Shown here: piece after piece, positions 62,142-64,000 of the stretch
Layout: every line of letters begins with the position of its first letter
Numbering within the stretch: the first letter of the stretch is position 1
Assembly: GCA_963740355.1 (NCBI GenBank)
Contig: CAVUDW010000003.1
Span: 672,001-736,000, forward strand
DNA from: an uncultured Gemmatimonadaceae bacterium
Lineage (GTDB): Bacteria; Gemmatimonadota; Gemmatimonadetes; Gemmatimonadales; Gemmatimonadaceae
Reading direction: 5' to 3'
DNA: 64,000 nt
The notes under the pieces: generated by a model
Told to the model about the DNA's origin: nothing
Seen by the model: the letters and a program-made list of their open reading frames with translations, nothing else
Databases searched by the model: none
Translations under genes and position numbers: made by a program

Positions 62142-62232
62142 CCCGGGTTGCTGCAGCCATGGCGACCGAGGTATTGTGAACATTACGGCCATTAGTCGGT
62201 CGCCGTGCAGCCGCCCCCCTTTCCAGTCAGAC
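62136..62232 (+). other. attC-like site
   Basis: GTGTAAC-CCGGGTTGCTGCAGCCATGGCGACCGA…TCGGTCGCCGTGCAGC…GTCAGAC. Confidence 0.62.
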
Positions 62233-62265
62233 GGAAGCCATCCGCCACGCTCGCTCGCGGAGAAC

Positions 62266-62718
62266 ATGTACAGATTGAAGAATTGGCCGCACATGTGGCT
62301 TCTGGTCGTAGCGTTTGCGGCAGCACCGCCCGTCGTCGCGCAGCAGTCCGAGTCCATTCCGATAGGCGCGCGCGTGCTCGTCACGCTCCGCGATTCGCTA
62401 CGCCCGTGGCTGTTTTCCGCGCGAACGACATCGCTCATTGGCACCACGATTGCCACAAGTTCGGACCAACTCACACTACGTCTCGCGAGCTCGGATACGG
62501 TTCGAATCTCGCGCGCGTCCGTTCGCGCGGTGGCCATCAGCCGTGGTGCATCTCGCGGACGGAGCTCCCTGCAGCAGGCAGCGTTCGGCGCGCTGGTGGG
62601 GAGCGTGGCCTCCATAGGCAAGCAGAAGCAGTGGGTCGGTGTCATCGCTGGGGCTGGAGTCGGCGCCGTCACCGGGTTTGTCGCGCCGTACGAGCACTGG
62701 CGGCGTGTCCGCTGGTGA
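62266..62718 (+). CDS. Secreted hypothetical protein with a C-terminal glycine-zipper-like segment
   Basis: GGAG RBS, signal peptide, G.RV.V…and GAGVGAVTG…E.WRRV. Confidence 0.6.
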   Translation: MYRLKNWPHMWLLVVAFAAAPPVVAQQSESIPIGARVLVTLRDSLRPWLFSARTTSLIGTTIATSSDQLTLRLASSDTVRISRASVRAVAISRGASRGRSSLQQAAFGALVGSVASIGKQKQWVGVIAGAGVGAVTGFVAPYEHWRRVRW

Positions 62719-62878
62719 AGGCGACTGTCGTCGCGCGCGACTGCCGTCTACCCCTGCTTTTTTGGATAACTTGTGTCGGTCTGGGCGAGCCAAATCTGGA
62801 TGACCATTTACATGGGGTGCATGGGACACCGTGGCAAAGTCTGAGGCATACGCGCGGATCAAGGCCTATGGCGGAGCG

Positions 62879-63376
62879 ATGAGTTACGTACGATGCCTCT
62901 TGGATGGTCTCGAGCGAGGCCGCCTCATTCTGCTTGTAATCTTCCTTTTCGGCCACACCGCCGCCGCGGGCGCGCAGGGAGCGGTGGACCGCCCGCGCGA
63001 CATCACGCCGATCTCGGTGGTCCGAAAGTACGTGGCGGCGTTCAATGCCAAGGATCTGGACGCCATGATGAGCGTGGTCGCGAGCGACGTGGTCTGGATG
63101 AGCGTGGCTGGCGACTCACTGACCGATGTTGGGCGCGGGATCGACGCGTTTCGGCAGATGATCGCGGGATACTTTCGTGCCGTGCCGTCCGCGCGCTCGG
63201 AGCTGCGCAAGATCGACGCGACCGGGCCATGGGTGACGACGCACGAACGAACGCGCTGGGCAGCGCCGCCATCCGGCGTCGGTGGACAGACCAGCCTCGT
63301 AGTCTACGAGGTCCGCGACCGACTCATCCGGCATGCATGGTTCTATCCGTCGCTTCCGGTTCCGGGCTCCCCATAA
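62879..63376 (+). CDS. NTF2/SnoaL-like domain protein, secreted
   Basis: VV.KYVAAFNAKDLDAM, G.WV..HE and VYEVRD.LI..AWFY. The stop lies within CCATAAC. Confidence 0.8.
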   Translation: MSYVRCLLDGLERGRLILLVIFLFGHTAAAGAQGAVDRPRDITPISVVRKYVAAFNAKDLDAMMSVVASDVVWMSVAGDSLTDVGRGIDAFRQMIAGYFRAVPSARSELRKIDATGPWVTTHERTRWAAPPSGVGGQTSLVVYEVRDRLIRHAWFYPSLPVPGSP

Positions 63377-63638
63377 CGACGATTGGTGATCGATGACTGG
63401 GCCAATCAACGGACTCCAGTCGCTGCAGACACTCACCCGTCGAGTCACGACGACTCACGTGAACAGGAATGCGCGTGCGACACTCTGTGCGTGAACAGCC
63501 GGGAACACGATTGACACAGTGGTCTGAGAACATGGTCGACCGAAGCGTGTTCGCTGTTTGATGCCATCCCTTCGTCGAAGGTGACCACCTCCACCGAACG
63601 GAAGTAGATCGTACGCACGCATTTCTCCCATCCATGGC

Positions 63639-64000
63639 ATGTCCCATCTCGATCTCGTCGCACTGATTGTGCCGGATTACGATTCCGCAATCGCGTTCTT
63701 TGTGAACGTCTTGCAGTTCGACCTCGTGGAGGACATCCCCTCGCTAACGAACGACGGTCGGCCGAAACGCTGGGTGGTGGTGCGCCCAGCGGGCGGCGTC
63801 ACCGGAATCCTGCTGGCCCGCGCGGACGGCGAAGCACAGGCCGCGATCGTCGGTCAACAGTTCGCGGGGCGTGTGGGCTGCTTCTTGCGCGTCGACGATT
63901 TTGACGCGACCTACACTCGCATGGTCGCGGCGGGCGTAGTGTTCGTGACGCCCCCGCGCGCGGAGCCGTACGGGCGAGTCGCAGTCTTCCTTGACGTGGC
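63639..64000 (+). CDS. VOC family protein, 3'-truncated by the window edge
   Basis: VALIVPDYDSAIAFF…F.LVED…KRWVVVRP…VDDFD…PR.EPYG.VAVF.D. Confidence 0.9.
   Translation, partial: MSHLDLVALIVPDYDSAIAFFVNVLQFDLVEDIPSLTNDGRPKRWVVVRPAGGVTGILLARADGEAQAAIVGQQFAGRVGCFLRVDDFDATYTRMVAAGVVFVTPPRAEPYGRVAVFLDV

Noticed and set aside
63377..63638. Further attC site or gene remnant after the SnoaL-like gene
   Set aside because: It begins with CCATAAC and a short GACTGG/CCAGTC stem, but no convincing R' box is present, so it is too degenerate to delimit.
52000..64000. CRISPR array or integron integrase gene
   Set aside because: There are no regularly spaced identical repeats and no tyrosine-recombinase motifs in any ORF of the window.

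Overview
High-GC bacterial window. The gene repertoire suggests Gemmatimonadota, which is an inference only. In order it contains: an ECF sigma/anti-sigma/lactonase unit; an IorAB-type molybdo-oxidoreductase operon with XdhC and MocA; two lipid-carrier (GT2/GT-C) glycosylation clusters; a complete IS110 (IS621-like) element inserted at a CT core inside a REP-like palindrome; standalone metabolic genes and a hybrid histidine kinase; a DUF885-Gfo/Idh/MocA-DUF885-peptide ABC operon without an ATPase; a tandemly duplicated pair of a HEAT-like protein and an HD-GYP protein; and a GMC oxidoreductase pair. The donor and target guides of the IS110 bridge RNA can be read directly from the sequence. From about 52 kb to the window end lies a decayed integron-like region: two diverged copies of a ~300 bp Pc/attI-like platform with no integrase, each followed by short co-oriented ORFs, TA modules and degenerate attC-like hairpins. 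Several single-base frameshifts (about 21.2, 22.6, 37.5, 37.8, 39.3 and 39.4 kb) may be assembly errors. All calls come from reading motifs by eye; no database searches were run.
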